This document shows, piece by piece, positions 1 to 14,495 of a stretch of DNA of 64,000 nucleotides. Where the stretch lies: contig NW_020845867.1 in NCBI RefSeq assembly GCF_003704095.1, forward strand, positions 124,001-188,000. Direction: 5' to 3'. Within the stretch, counting starts at the first letter, position 1. Every line of letters begins with the position of its first letter. The notes beneath the pieces were generated by a model. That model ran no database searches, was not told the origin of the DNA, and saw only the letters and a program-made list of their open reading frames with translations. Origin of the DNA: Pocillopora damicornis (taxonomy: Eukaryota). Both the position numbers and the translations under genes were made by a program.

Positions 1-3000
1 TTACTTGGTTGCAAACGACCGCAGAACTACCATGGAACAAGTTTTTGGCGATAATTACTGTACACAAATGCAATTTCATCCTATTAAAGAACCTATAACG
101 TAAAGGAAAAAGCGGAACCAAGGTAACATTTAGAGTATCATAGTTAAAACCACCAAATCATAACCAAGTACGACCTTACATATACGTGATGAAGATGTCA
201 AGTGACTTTCATTTGGCTCAATTAGTTTAGACATGACGAACGACTTGTGTATGATTCTACCTGCCAAAGACAAAACACCGATATCAAATCGAGTCACACC
301 TTTGACGAGTAAGGCAGCAACGAAAAATTTCCTCCAATACCGGATAACACCGTAGGTACATCTAAGCGTTTTTTAGGCACATCAAGGTAATCGTTTATTT
401 TACCTTAAAGAACTTCAGGAGAAAATGATTCAGATTTTAAGTTGTGTTTTTTCCTCGGTAGTGAGTTGTGAGTTACGGATTGTCAGTTGGTATCCAACTA
501 GAGTTTTTCCAACGATGCCACTTGTGTATAAACTTACCTTTTTTTCGTTTTTCGGCGAGGAAAAGTGTTTCCTGATAAATTTTAAGGTGAGGTGAACTCG
601 AACACAAAGTGCGCGATAAAAAGAGAAAATGGTAGGAATAAAGCTACCTTTGTATATCGTCATAGCTCGCAAAGATTTCAGCGAATATAAAAATTATCGA
701 CCCACATCAAGGTGCATTACTATAAATGGTACCATCGACCGTTCAAGGTCACTTTTTCAGTCCGAAAATAGGTTTTCAACTACTGCCCGGGGTAAATTTT
801 GCTTTGAAATTTAAGATAATAAAAAATGATGATTTACGGCCCTAGGGGCAAAGTGACATGAATGCCCCACGGTGATTTTTTCTTCATTTGCTTTTAACAA
901 CTAAATTTTAAAAAAATGCAGCTTATAAAAGTTTTAACATTTTTAGCACAAGCCGTCAATGAGAATCAATGAGAAACTCAGACACCTTCTTTTTAATTAT
1001 ATCCTGAAAATTGATTGAATCTCGAAGCCAAAAAAAAGCTTCTCAAATCTGCATCATTGACTCCAGTAATTCCTTCTGAGTAACCTGATTGTGATATACC
1101 ATAGATGAACCATCTATGTGTTCTCCGCGGGCAACCAGAAGGAGTCTAATAGAGACTGAGAACGAGCGAGTGTCTCGAAAAGGGACTAGGCGCGAACCGT
1201 GCGGAGTCCCTCGAGCGCGAGGTTCGTGTCAGTTCCCTTGCTTCGAGTTGCGCGTGAAATAATTTCAAACAAAGATTAAAATTGTTTGGCTGCGAAAATG
1301 CACATCAAGAAAAAGATCGTGTTTTATGCTGGAACCAAGCATGCATGAAGACGAGATTAAGTTAAGCACCTCGCTGGACTTAGAACACGCTCAAGTCATG
1401 CGCGTAATATTGACATGTTTTTTAAGCAGTGGTCATATTTGCACCAACTGTTCCTGTAATTCCAAAAATGCAATTGCAGTTTTGAATAATAGGAGTGATG
1501 GAGGCCGGTAAAAGGTTGGACTGATCCGTCATAGAACTTTGAGGATCCAATGAAGATTACAGTCAAATTATAATATTTTTTTACGAGCTGAATCTTAATC
1601 CAAAACGTGCATATTTGCGGGAGTTCCCGGTAAAAGTGTGATTATGTATTTTCGTTAATACCCTGCGGCTTCCTACTTTGTTTGCCAAATTTCAAATCTA
1701 ACACCTTACCTCAAAATTCAACAAACCACCCCCAACATCACAAACAAAAAACAGATCGACATACAGAAATTACAGATCTAGTCTCCCGTGGTTTTTGTTT
1801 GGACCCAGTCAGGTGAGCAATCTTCCGATTTACTTTTTCTGTGAGTAGGTAATTTTTATGTACATTTCGAATAACAATTCTGTGACTGAGTGATCAGACT
1901 GTCCACAAAATAACTAAATTGGCGGCTCCGTTCCCAGCAAGCAGGTCGACTTTAAAGCACATTATTCATGACAAGGAATTATCTTGACGGTAAAAACACT
2001 TGATATGCTTTTTTTCATCTTTGCATATTTAATTAAACATTTGTAGTTTCTCTCTGACTTACCTTTTCAAATTTTTTTTTCAACGGGGGTTCCTTTGAAG
2101 CTGAAAGTTAGGGTTAAAACATGTTCCGATTTTTTTATCCTGCGGAAAGAAAAGAAAAAGAATACAGCAATGACACGAGTTTTTGCTCATACTGTTGTTT
2201 CAATTTTAAACTATGCATTATGCGGATTCAAAAGTGTGTAAGACTTGTCATTCAAGGGATATTGAATAGGATTTTCAAGAATAAATAAATTAAGGAACGT
2301 TGAGAAATTTTTATTGTATTTTTTAAAGTGAGGAGTCCTATACACAAATTTTTTTTTCATTTTAAAGCACATTTATGAGATTTGTTAGCCTTAGCCATTC
2401 CGTGATCGTCATATCAGAGGATATCGTTTTAAGAAGTACTCGAATGTTACATGAAAGAGTATCACGTCTTTAAATACATACACCAATACACGCACCTATG
2501 TTTATTAAATCTGATCTACCTTCAATCGCAGAAAATGAGCTGTAACCTCATTTGCTTTCGTCTTTAGCTCTTGTTGAAAAACTGCACGAAATTTTCAGTT
2601 CTCTGAACCGGCTTTCAGAATGGTACTGATTCATTATTATCGTCTTGCTACCGTCTTAACATATACTGTTCTTCTAAATTTGTGCGATTTTTTTTACGCT
2701 GTAGTTAATCGAAAAGATGTTGAGGTTTACTCAGCAAATATTGTTTCGTTTACGTGTTTCCACTCGTTCTTCGGTAACTTAGCAATCTGTTTCAACGGAG
2801 ACCTAGGCGAGCGTAAACTGTATCCGCGAGAACTTTGATGCTGAAAATTTTCTCGGTATTCAAACAATTACTTTGGCGATACGCAGAATACACTCCAAAA
2901 CGGAATACCAACTTCCTTCCCTGAGTGGGCTCCCCGTTGGTGCAATATCCTGATGTGAGTATTCAGAAAGCAAACGTTGCTGATAACGTTGATGTTTTTG

Positions 3001-6000
3001 TTTAGCTCACTATTAGAGCGTATTTTACTAAGTAACCCTGCAGGTGCACCGCGCAGACACAATACGTGTGGATAGTTTTTGATTTGCTGTCTTTCTTTGT
3101 AAACTGTCTTCAAAAAAGGCTCTGTTTCATGAAAAGTGGTTCTGAAAACAGAAGTTATAGTGCATAGCTTCACCCCATCAAACGCTATGATTGTTGCAAA
3201 GTAGAGTTAGTGTATTCATTATCTTTGTATCACAGCAGAGATACTTTTGGTCGGAGAAATAAACATGTAAATTGTTGTTTGTAGTTTTCATCTTTAATAT
3301 CAAATCATATCGATATAAAAACAAAATAACTTTTCTGGAACTTGTTTTGGATCAAATTTCCAGCTTTTTGTACCAACTGCCACACAAGGGTGATAATCTT
3401 TTTCAATTTTCATGTCTTCTCGTAAATATGTATGAGTCGGAGTTCGCATTTGACAATAGAGGTTCACCATTTTGATCTTTTTTCTTTGCAAGATCGAATA
3501 AAATAATGATAATGATGATGATATCAATAATGATAATGATACAACCGACAAGATTACTTAAATTAAATTAGGCAAAACTCTCGCTGCATGGACCATTTAA
3601 AGGAATCAGTTATAAATTCAGCTTTTTAATCTTGTTATTTATAGACTGTCATTTTTTTTAAAATTCGTTTTGAAAATTTATATATGATTACAAAGTGCAT
3701 CTCAGGCTGTAGACATCTCTAAAAGGCGGAAAACGGTAAGGAGAAATTCCACACCGATCCCCTGACAGGATGATTTGGTTTGATCAATCGAGTTGATGAT
3801 GTAAATTGGCCATCGTAAAAAGTTTTTTGATCCGAAGATGACGTTTCGAGTTTTAGCCCAGTTTTGCGCTGCTAATTGAAGCATGAGCAATTTTCATGGC
3901 TCCTCCAGGCACTACATAATGCGTAACAATTTACGGAGATGCGGAAATTTGAAATGGTTTTTTCCTTTTTTCTCTGTAATTAATGCAGGGAGAACTACTG
4001 CAGATAATATTTCCTACATTGCTTAGTTCGGAAATTTTTAAGGAGCACAACTGTGACATGGTGACTTGAATTTACAGCAAAATACTTTAATCAACTCAGT
4101 TGAAACAATACTAAATAGGTACATAATGGGCGTTTGTGTCTACCGCTGTTAAACATGGCTTGAGTCGCAAATTTGCATATTAGTAACTTTTTTTTATTAC
4201 TCGAACGTTTATGGAGAAATACACATGGTTATCTCAACATTATTTTGCATTACCTTTAACCAGAAGAGGATGCTTTTATATTCTGCATTACACCTTAATC
4301 AGTCACTTATACGATGGAACACTTTTCTAATTTTACTTTCAAACAGCAACAAGCAAATAGCATCACCTTGCGATACTGAGATCGTGAAATTTGGAACATG
4401 TGTCGTGGAGTTTGGGGAATCCAAACTTGGACGTTTTTGCTAATAAATGTATGCGAGGGTAAGGCGCTGGTGTGATTAATGTTTGAGATGAAGGGAAAAT
4501 CTGCACTAATTTATACGGAGAGAATTTTACATAATTTATGAAATGATCCAAATGCATCATAAAACAGATGTTTACGACAAGATTTTACGCCGCGGGGCTA
4601 TTAACTAAAAATAGACAAAAGGTGAATTATACGATAGAATACAATTCTGAATTTTTTAAAGCATAACTATTATCCTCTTGGATGTTTAAGAAAACTTCAG
4701 CCCTATCTGATTTTTATATCGTTATGAAGACTTATGCTCAGCTGATGCTATTTACATACCAAAATTAAAAAAAAAAACTTACCTGACGTGAATAAATCTT
4801 TCACAAACTGTGCCCGGGGTGGTCTATTTGACGAGGAAGGTAATATTGGTCTTGCCGAAAGAAATATATTAAGAAAAAAAATCAGTTTGATACATTTTTT
4901 TAAATGTAATCTATGGTTTTTTAAAAGCGCATTTTTTTTCCCGGCGACTGACTCCGTTACGAATTCAATGTAACACTGATAATCCACGGTACTGGATCAT
5001 GTTAAGACGAATACTTTAATGATTGTTCATATCCAACATGTAATGTTATATGAAATAAAATTTTCATGTGACACAAACGACATTTCAAACAATATTGATC
5101 GTGTACAGTGTTTGGGCAATCTGATTAAGGTTTCACAATACGAGCTCTTCTAAAGTAAAACATGTTTATAACATTATTTTCCTTTTTCTTTAAAGTACGA
5201 AATATTTTTTAAAGCATTCTTTACCGAGATTTGTGGCAGTCTTTCATGTAGCAATCTAGAAGAAAAAAACTCACCTCGTCTGAGCCAAAAGCTTTATCGG
5301 TAAAAATCCTCTTTGAGAAATTACAACGATATTCAAAAGCTTTTAACCTATTGAGACATTTGAAAGGTTTCGCGGCAGACACCTATTGTGTAGCTTCATT
5401 TCATAGGTTTTTCTCGTGTCAAGTTACCCTCAAGGTGTCGTATCTTTTTGTCTCTGATCTCACCTGACAAGTTCGTAACTCTTGCCTTATTAAAAGCGCT
5501 CTCTCGAGTGATGAATCCCAATTAAAGACAAATGTTTCTATTCCACAATGCAAATAAAAGGTTTTAGAGCAAGTAAATTCTTCTATCTACCGGATATTGT
5601 TTTGTAATATGAATTTGTTTTGGCTTTAGGACAAATACAAACGCTTGCCTCGACCTATTACTCAAGAAAAGTTGTCATTTCTCCGGAATGTGAAATAAGG
5701 GCACGCGGTAAAACTTGGCGCTTGGGTGTCAAACACGAGAAGAATCACCACTTGCTGAATGTAAACTAAAGCCGCAGCTCATCAAGCAAATTAGATGCGG
5801 CTGCTAAGCAGAAGGTTCCGAATATTTACACGGATTAGCCCTGGAGAGTGTTTCACTAGTTTATGTTGACAAAATTATACTCTGACTGAAGACAGTGGAA
5901 ACTTCCTCTCGCAAAGTTTTGACACCAAATACCGCTCCGGGTCATGGAAGCAAAAGGTACGCCGATGGTTTTTATCGCATCTTATCTTCGCTAAAAGCAG

Positions 6001-9000
6001 CGTTTTCTACAAAACCCCCTCTGAGGTCGAAATTGAATCTGATAAAATTTTAATTTCCGCTGTTCTTGGGTAGGGAGTTTTTTTTTGTATCACTTCATTG
6101 TCCAAGACAGAAAGCGTTTTGTATCAGTTTTATTTTATGCTCAATTTTGAAACACCTGAAGAAATAACTTTTGTATTGACTGTTGCCTGGGGCGCTTTCT
6201 CGGTGGTTCACTCGATCGAGTCCAATCTTGAAAATTGCTCTCTCTTTTTCAACTATAGCTAATTCAAAAAATTCATAATGTGTGGGATTAAAATCTGCAA
6301 AAAGCAATCTATGTCGTAAGGGTGAGCTACTAATTGGTTTTCCTGCCATATTACAAGTTTCCTATGCGTTTCTGACATCAGCCTCTTATCCTGCTATAAA
6401 GAGAAAACAATGAAATTTGGAAGCCATTAAGTACTTTTCTCACCTCAATTTAAGGCCTTTTTTGTCATCTATGGCAAATCAGTTTTCCCTGATTCTAAAA
6501 TTTTTTTTTTTCGGGTGACAATTTGTTTCCCCGCGTCGAAAGCATTCCTCATCAGATTGAGGCCAAAACTGAACAACATAGACTTGGTGATATTTAATTC
6601 AGTTCGCTATAGAGGAAATTTATTTCTGTTATTAGCCGAACCTCCTCTGCTTAGCGTGTGTGTTTGAATATGTTAATTTCTACCTCTTGCGAGAAATCGA
6701 TTAAAATCAGAGCGAAATTCTCCGTCAAAGAAAAATTCGTATATTTCACGATAACGCATAAGACCAGTCATTTATGCTAACGTTAAAAAAATTCCACTCT
6801 TTTCCCTCTTCCCTTGAGGATTGTGATTTATGGCTATTCAATTTGGTTAGGGCCAAACTACTCTTTCTATTTTCCATAGTTAAATGATAGATCTTTTTAT
6901 CACAACAATCTCTCAAACTTATGAATTTTTCATACAGAGGCAGAATAAGTAAACTTTAATAGAATGAGCAAACGCCGGCAATGCCTGCCGGCAGCTGCGT
7001 GCGCTGCAACCCAATCGTACGATCGACGTTCCCCCTTTAATAAAAAAGCTAGAGACACTTCTTCCCAGTTTGTCGTCATGGTCGCAAGAACATTGGCATT
7101 GATTTCCTCCAAATTGAGTGAGTAAATTCTCTTGTTGGAAAGGAAAAGGCAAAAACAAAAGGAATGTATATGCTGAAAACTTTTTTGACTGACGAACTCC
7201 ACGACATGGCTAACTAAACCGCGACGAAAATGCAAATGAAACATTGGGCTCTACTTTGGTATGTTGTTCCTCATAGTGTATACGATAAAAGTCAGAATAC
7301 CATATTAGCGTCAAAATTCTATAAAGATTACGTGAGGTCATATTTTTTTCTACAGGAAAATAACTCAACCTTACTGTAAATAGTCAATTTTAGATCACCC
7401 CCCTTCTTTTCGAAAATCTACTTAAAATTTCTCACCAGGTTGAGATATTTGATTGCAATCTAAGAGTAATTTATGAACTGCACTGGCAATTCTTTAATGA
7501 TTATTCGATTTTTTCGTGGTATGGAAAATATATCAGATGTATGAATAATTCACTCAATTATTTCACATTTTATTATTATTGCCTTCGTTCATAACCACTG
7601 ACAGGCATTTTCGAAAAAAAGAGGCAGCCGTAATTGGTAGAGAATTCAACGATATAAAGATCTCAGAGCTCAAACCTTGAAGGGACGACGAGTGCTCTTG
7701 TAAATATTCGAAAAAAAAATCCTCGCTAAAAAAAAAAAACCATTCGGTCGAAGACTGCTCAACCTGACCTCGATATGGAGACCAAAGATGTCTTCTGATA
7801 ACAAAACGAAAATACATAATCTACTTTTCTCTCACATTTAGCGAATAATAATTTTAAATGTGGTTAACAGGATTAACCTTGGTCTTGACTATCATATCAA
7901 GCGAGATTGCCTATGCACCAACTTAAAACGGGTTTTACAAAAGTTAAAACCATATATTTTGTGATGACTCACAATGACAATCACATTTTAGCCGCTATAG
8001 CCAGACATGCGCAGTTTGACGCTATCAGCTGCGATAACAGCTGCAGGACACATGAGCGTGCGCAGATTAAGTTCGATGCCTTCACTCAGTTCGTTAGCTA
8101 AGCCGATTATTTACTTTTCTCTCAATATCAAGTCTGTGATAAGGTAACACAAGCTGTGAACGGATGAGATCGGCGACGCTAAAAGCACGCATAGAAATAG
8201 ACCAATGAGGTCAAGGGAAAATTGGAGTATACGTATTTTAAGAAATATTCAGAAAACGATCGGTCTCCCGACGGGACTAAACTATTATGCTTAAGATAAG
8301 CGAGTTATGTTTTACAATGACAGCTTACTGCGCTCGGACATGAACAATGTTTAGTACAGGCTGTGTCTTTTTTTTTTATAGCAGAGACAAATTCCTTTTT
8401 TTTCAGCTATATAAATTTGTTGTAAATACCAATATACTAAAAGTTGATTTATCTTTCCTGTCATTACTCCTTACTCTAGGTTGATTATCGCCAGAAAGTA
8501 TATTAATTTCACGATACAGAATTTTTTCCGCTTAGATGAGTATTGTATATAAAAAATTATGGCAAACCGTAGAGGTGAATAAAAAAGACCTAACTCGCTC
8601 ACCAGTGTCTTTACTAACCTTTGCTTTGTCTTCTTTAAAACTCAGTTCATTTTGTTTGGAATTAAACAGAAAAGTGTTTCGTGGTAGGAGAATTTTTCGC
8701 TTTTGACAGGAGGTCTATTGAAATCAGCTTCTTATACTCATGCGTAATTATCCTCGCTTAAGTGCACCTTTGTTTAAGACTCAAGAAAAAATGCCAAGTT
8801 CCTTTTTCATCATTGTCACACTTAAACAAAAAGAAATTTGGCCTGAATGGATGGTAGATCAATGTTAAGTATTCACTGTGTGTAAGTTCCGCTCCTTAAT
8901 TCATCAGTCTTTTTTTGGCCTTCTTGCTGTCAGTTGTATAACAGGTCTGAGGGCCAGAGGGTTTTCCGTTCATGCTCTCAGAGCATAGGTTTTTAAGTGT

Positions 9001-9250
9001 CATTTGACAACCATTTTCAATAATATTCGTGAAACTGACCGGCGGTAACCGAACCCACTAGGGGAAAATTCGCGTCGAAATCATTGCAGAAGAAACCTAC
9101 CTCTTCAAGTAAATGATGTTTAAATAGCAGACATCTACAGGATGCAAATGAGCGCAGCTTTATTGAAGTCTATCTCAGATGCGTACTCGTAAACAACCGC
9201 GTACTTTTCCTCCTTTTTCAGATCCACGCGACACTCAGAACGAAAGAAAA

Positions 9251-12200
9251 ATGAACGAAGGAACGGCAAATAGGACATCGAAAGTTCGCTTTTCGGCAAA
9301 CACGGACACGTTCAGCGAGGAGGAAGAAGCAGACATTCGCCACAAGCGACTACTTCGGTACTGGTATAAAGGAGGTCGAAGGTATAGTGAGGCCGAGAAA
9401 GCCTTCCTGAACCGAGTAAGGATCCCTTCCGTTGGATTACTCGGCGATGGAGAGACAAAAGTCGGATGGTTGAGATTCTTCGACCCTGGAGGTAAAAATA
9501 CAGAGTTATGATAGTTACCTCGTAAATCTATTATGTCGACTTCAATTATTTTCTTGAATTTTTCTTTCAAAGAAAAAAACCTAATTTTTTAGGTACGGAA
9601 AAAAATCTAATTCATTTACCGGTGGGTAAATTCTTTTTACAGTGTAAAAATAAATAACTAGTTCTCGTCGCGTCAAAATCTCGGAACGTTGCTAACTGAC
9701 TTAGCTCATGAGATGATATCTAGTAATCTATATAGTCAAGATCATATTGAAAAATTGTTCTTTAGCAAGTAAATTAAATGTAAAATATCACCTCAGTACA
9801 TCATATGGTCAGCTCATTTCAAGATTACCTCAATGTAGTCTTTGGCACTAGTTCAGATCACCTTTCGTGCCTATTGCGCTATCTCTTTTCGTACATTTTT
9901 CTGGAATTCTCAATGATAATTTTCTATGTTAAATGTGCTGAATAAATAACGGAAAATTATAATGATAAATCATCTTTTAATTCCTCGCCAACACTAAAAG
10001 TATCACCTTATGTCGATCAAATTTATATAAAACTAACAATCGAACCGATGAGAGATATGTTTTCTTTAATATCATTGATCAACTGTTAGTTAAATCGAGT
10101 CAGAGCGACGTGCGGTATGATGGCTAAACGGCTGGTATATCAAACGGAGGATCTAGCCAAAGATGTCCAAAAGAACTAGAGGGATTTTTCGAATTTGCTT
10201 TGCAAATTTCTGTTTCGCCATAATATAGCCGTGGTTACCTTCTTTTAAATTGAATTTTAATCACGCGTTAGATAATTCCAAAATAGTATGGTTTATCAAT
10301 CGCAAAACAGTTTTTTAATGGCATTTTGGTTGCAATTTCATTTTCGGAAAAAAGAATAACTTACATTTTAAGTTTGCTTTCGAGCGTAAATGGTGAATTT
10401 CTTCTTTCGAACGTCCCTTCAATGCAGAGGTTTAAAATAATGGTTGATCGCCTTATGGTCTTTAAGTTATGTGGAAGGAGTATTTATCCCCGACACAAAC
10501 AAAATATATTCAATATATTTTGAAATAACATCTCGTTTGCTCTTTTCTTTAAATGTGTTGTAAAATCATGTTCTGATCGTAGGATTATATGCTGCCTACC
10601 TTTATTTGAGTAATCTCGGACAGATGGTCCAAAACTTTTGCTTTACACCATTATTGTGAAATAAAAGTATTTTTGGATTATTAATCAACCATCTGCTCCA
10701 TGCTGAGTGGACCGGAAAATAAAATGCCCCGGGGGGGGTTATTGAGGGAAGAGGGGGGGGGGGCATTCACCAACTTTTTTTCCAAGGGTGCTCCGCAAAA
10801 ACTTCAAATGAAGACTTTTAAAGACTATCGAAGTGAATTGAAATAACTTTTCAACTCTACTCAATTTCTGCTCTACCATTAATTCGTCACTATTCAACCT
10901 TTAAACTGTGATGATGATATTTACTAGAGGGAGCTAATCTTGAGCCCAAAACCAACAGTGTAACTAAAATGTAGGGACCTGACAACCACTTAGCCGTGGA
11001 TAGCCTGGGTACGAGACTGAGAGGGAACCCATCATGTTAAAGCCCTCTGGTTTCTCATGGGCCTCCTCGCTACCTCAGGTCCTTTTTTTACACTTTTAAC
11101 TTGATGACTATCGCATCCATTTTAAGTTAAGAACTATTCCCAACCATTAGAGTAATCCTGCTCAGTTGCTTCTTTTTACATAAGTGCTCCAAAAAACAGG
11201 CTACTTTTTTTTATTTTTATTTGTTTTGATCAAAATGAGGTAAAACAGAATCCAGTGTCTGGAATTAAAAAATTGAATGAAATTATTGATTGTGTTTCCT
11301 CTTCATTCTCTCCGTTGTAGGTGACAGGCTCTATTACTGGCTCTTAATAGTATCTGTAGCGGTTGTGTACAATTCATGGGTTCTTATATTAAGGTCGTCT
11401 TTCCCCGAACTCCATAAGAAACATCAATACGTTTGGATAGCAATCGATTATCTCTGTGACGTCGTGTACATTGTAGACATCTTCGTCAGCTCCAGAACAG
11501 GCTACATGGAAGATGGTATCATGCAAAAAGACATCAAAAAAATGCGGCGTCACTACCTCCGAACGTCGAAGTTTTATATGGACGCCGCGTCCATAATCCC
11601 ATTAGACATAGCATATATTTTCATCGCGCATGAGCCGGCTATTCGCATGAATCGTCTTATCAAGTATCACCGGTTCTGGCATTTTCTGGATCGTACCGAG
11701 AGCAGAACAAGTTATCCGAACCTGTTCAGACTTGCGTCCCTGATGCAATTTATTCTGGTTATAATCCATTGGAACGCCTGTATATATTTTATAGTGTCGC
11801 GTAAAATTGGATTTGGAAAGGACCCCTGGGTATACCCCGGAATAAAAGGGAACGCTAATATGACTGAAATGCACAGGTCTCTCACGAGGAAATACATCTA
11901 TTCCTTTTATTGGTCGACTTTAACGTTAACTACGATTGGTGAGGTTCCACCGCCACATACTAATGTGGAATTTATTATAGTCATAATCGACTATTTAATA
12001 GGTAAGTTTGGTATCATTCGTTAGACTCAACTTGAAGCACTATTGACCTTCATTAGTATGGAGATGCACAGGCAAGCCTTATTATATCTTACGCTTGATT
12101 ATACAAGCATTTTTATTGGTTAACACGTGTAATCTATTGGAGGTAAAACGCATAGATGATGTGACGTTAACGATATTTTGATAATTTTATCATTTAAATG

Positions 12201-14495
12201 AATATGGATGCGATCTTCGCAGTAATGAACACTACGTAAGTAGTAGTGAAAATAAGGCCTCAAAAAAAATTCAGGCCTGTACGGGATTTGAACCCATGAC
12301 CTCTGCCATACTGGTGCAGCGCTCTACCAACTGAGCTAACAAGCCAACTGGGAGCTGTTCATTATGTTAGCTCCAAATAACTGACCTGTAAAGTGGTGAA
12401 TTTAAAACATGTAGACCCCATGTCACCGTGGGTGTTTTCAGTCACAAATCACTGGAGACTTTACAATGTGATAAGAACATCAGTGACGCACTTGCACTTC
12501 GTGTGCCACTTTTTTTTTCTTACTGCATTTTGACGTCATCTGTGATGTAACACAGAGAAGACGCACGGAAACATGGGAATCTGTTTGTTAATTGGCAATA
12601 CAGGTACACGCAGATTAATGCCTGAGAAACTGCGCACCCACTCCTCCCCTAACCCAACTTTAATCCTAACTCGGGGAGGGGTAGGAGTGCAGTTGCTCCG
12701 ATACCGACATTGATCTGCACACGCGATAGATAAAGGTCAGCAAAACTTGCGAACTGATTGATGTTTACGTCTTCTATTACAGGCGTTTTGCTCTTCGCTA
12801 CCATTGTGGGAAACGTTGGCAGCATAATTACCAATCAGAATGCTGCTAAAGTGGATTTCCAAAATAAGATGGACGGGATTAAGTCCTATATGCGCTTTCA
12901 CAAGATTCCTCAGCATCTGCAACAACGTGTAATTAAATGGTTTGACTATCTGTGGATGAACAAAAAACATCCCGACGAAGAGGAACTCCTGCAGTCACTG
13001 CCTGATAAATTGAGGGCAGAGTTGGCGATCCATGTACATCTCGATTCACTGAGAAAGGTCGAAATATTTCAAGATTGTGAAGCAGGATTTCTTAGCGAGC
13101 TGGTCTTGCGTCTCCGTCCTCAGTTGTTCTCCCCAGGTAACATTCTTCCTTTTCATTGGCCGAGCACCCACTTAGTGACTTGCACTTAATAGGCTGACCA
13201 TGCGTTATACACTTGAACTGTGTCTTGCTGCGAATAATATTCTACTTATGCGCAGTTGCACCAAATATCTTTCATGGAAAAGCAGGCTAATCGCTTCTCA
13301 AGCTGATAGAGTGTTTTTTTTTTAAAAAGAATCATGAAAAGTAAACTTGATTGTCGAATGGTAAAACAATTATTGAGCTTGGTAGATAGATTGAAAATTC
13401 ACTACCAACCAATCACGATATTTCATGCAAGGTTGTCCAGTTCAGAGGAGGACTGGTTACATTCTTCAGATTTGCGCGTTTTCGCACATCTGAAGGATAA
13501 GATTTGAATGATGTTGACTTAGTGGAATTTATCATAAAAAGAGCGGGAGCCAGCTGCCCCGCCCTTGGAACAACCCCTCCGCTCTGGAAGGCTGGTTTTC
13601 TTTCTAAGCGCAGACTTATCTCAACTGAATTTCCTCGCAATACCATACAAATCTTACACTTTAGTTAAGAAAAACACGCAAAGACGAAAATTCTATATGG
13701 CATAAAATATTTATAGACTTCATTTGCCTGACCTTCTTGCCGCATGAATACGAGCTGGCTGATGCAGAAGGAAGCACAACGTTACAAGCCACAGACATTT
13801 GTAATTATGGCCCCCTTCCCCCCACAACTTTAAAAAATCGTTCCCACGGCCCTCTTTATTGCGGATTCTGAATTGCTTCCCTTTTATCTGCAGGAGATTA
13901 CGTTTGCAGAAAAGGCGAGGTTGGCCGAGAAATGTATATCGTGAATAGGGGCAAGCTGGAGGTGGTGTCGGAGACGGGCACCAAAGTGTACGCTGTGTTA
14001 GAGGCCGGGAGTTACTTCGGCGAGATTAGCGTTCTGTGTATGAGTGCTGCTGGAAATCGTCGGACGGCTTCGGTACGCTCCGTTGGCTATTCGGAGTTAT
14101 TTTGCTTGTCTAAAAACGATCTGATGGAAGTGCTTGACGAGTATTCAGAAATAAAGACGAAAATTGAGAATATTGCTAAACAACGTCTAGAGAATGACAA
14201 ACGAAGGACCAGCGTATTGCTTTCTAACAAACATGATAAAAACAGAGCTAATGAAAATGGAACCGATACGGATCTAAGAGTGAAGAGCAAAGTTTTTGCT
14301 AAATTGGAGGAAAGGATAGCCACTCTTGAGAGGGAACGCGTGGACTTGATGGAAGAAATGAAACGACAAAGAGAGGAATTTTCCGACAGGCTGGTAGACT
14401 TGGAGACGTCCATGGCACAGTTGTCTCGAGATCGTCGAGGAGACGGACAGAGACCAACTTCAAGATCGTTTGATTTTGTTTGGAAGAGAAGATGA
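9251..14495 (+). CDS. CNGA: Cyclic nucleotide-gated cation channel, alpha (CNGA-type) subunit, ~625 aa, 4 coding exons
   Basis: Exons 9251-9491, 11321-12001, 12783-13136, 13894-14495 total 1878 nt, with GT-AG junctions in matching phase. Motifs: FDPGGDRLYYW (S1), RMNRLIK (S4), pore [17 protein letters not shown]-linker ([12 protein letters not shown]...[14 protein letters not shown]), CNBD ([17 protein letters not shown]...FGEISVL...[17 protein letters not shown]) and a C-terminal leucine zipper. The start is uncertain: the frame is open from the acceptor at 9221 and from an ATG at 9179. No specific vertebrate paralog is assignable. Confidence 0.93.
12088..12592 (+). repeat. Interspersed fold-back repeat, copy 1 (interrupted by the 12199-12399 insert)
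   Basis: Colinear with 22700-22995 (ATCTATTGGAGG...CGCATAGATGA...CAGTGACGCACTTG...GTGTGCCACTTTTTT...CATTTTGACGTCATCTGTGAT). A partial third copy lies at ~35985-36090. Ends are approximate. Confidence 0.75.
12199..12399 (-). mobile_element. tRNA-Thr(AGT)-like-containing short insert with a 7-bp TSD, nested in another repeat
   Basis: Minus strand 12345-12273 reads GGCTTGTTAGCTCAGTTGGTAGAGCGCTGCACCAGTATGGCAGAGGTCATGGGTTCAAATCCCGTACAGGCCT, with A and B boxes, C at position 33 and a mismatched anticodon stem. ATTTAAA flanks it at 12192-12198 and 12400-12406. Confidence 0.75.
12611..12717. mobile_element. Small MITE-like element
   Basis: Termini CAGATTAATG / CATTGATCTG with internal arms AACTGCGCACC..CCCC / GGGG..GTGCAGTT. 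A related copy lies at ~16833-16980. Confidence 0.6.

Noticed and set aside
1-9100. Short ORFs and isolated minus-strand donor-like sites (~536, 4782, 5274), plus an imperfect hairpin at ~1180-1240
   Set aside because: No recognisable protein motifs and no phase-consistent exon chain; cannot be supported as genes.
12273-12345. Functional tRNA-Thr gene
   Set aside because: C instead of U at position 33, an anticodon-stem mismatch, and a location inside a TSD-flanked insertion; treated as repeat-borne.
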